A stretch of 6,478 nucleotides of DNA from Fonticula alba ATCC 38817 (Eukaryota; Protista; Nucleariida), in assembly GCA_000388065.2 (NCBI GenBank), contig KB932242.1, one strand, 5' to 3'. The position numbers and the translations under genes are program-made. Shown here piece by piece: positions 6,441 through 6,478 of the stretch (positions are counted from its first letter, which is position 1; every line of letters begins with the position of its first letter). Under the pieces are notes generated by a model. It was not told where the DNA came from, made no database searches, and saw only the letters and a program-made list of their open reading frames with translations.

Positions 6441-6478
6441 GGGTTACCGGGATCGCGATTCATGTTCCCCCCCCCCCC

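Noticed and set aside
1-6478. G10 at the start and C12 at the end as terminal inverted repeats of a mobile element or virus
   Set aside because: Complementarity is essentially limited to homopolymer (plus a chance gggaaca). There is no transposase, integrase or capsid gene. More likely the sequence or assembly breaks at homopolymers.
1-6478. Species assignment (for example a GC-rich chlorophyte or a Paratrimastix-like metamonad)
   Set aside because: The GC level, GTGCGT/GTATGT donors and low-complexity protein are compatible with several lineages. It cannot be decided without BLAST.

Overview
This window is very GC-rich DNA (roughly three-quarters G+C by eye, not computed), almost certainly eukaryotic nuclear DNA. 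It is dominated by one spliced minus-strand gene that the ORF track misses. Hand translation shows one minus-strand frame (codons starting at multiples of 3) with no stop from 5319 to position 1, so it has no stop inside the window and was not listed. Best model: exon 5222-5159 (ATG, MSQLASQLGRNLAKQALTPGH), a 95-nt GT-AG intron (5158-5064), a 5039-nt exon (5063-25), then a CAG|GTGCGT donor and an intron running off the left edge. This gives at least 1701 aa and lacks the C-terminus. The protein is mostly low-complexity (A/G/P/S/H/Q homorepeats). Only the last ~200 aa look partly folded, and they include a 16-residue stretch resembling the first helix of a PHO80/cyclin-U cyclin box (unconfirmed). 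The listed ORFs appear to be antisense or frame shadows of this gene, or GC-driven artefacts. Upstream (5223-6478) is apparently non-coding, with a GA/CT tract, a ~135-bp poly-G block, alternating G and C runs, small hairpins and one AT-rich patch. I find no mobile element, RNA gene, CRISPR array or convincing new multi-gene system.
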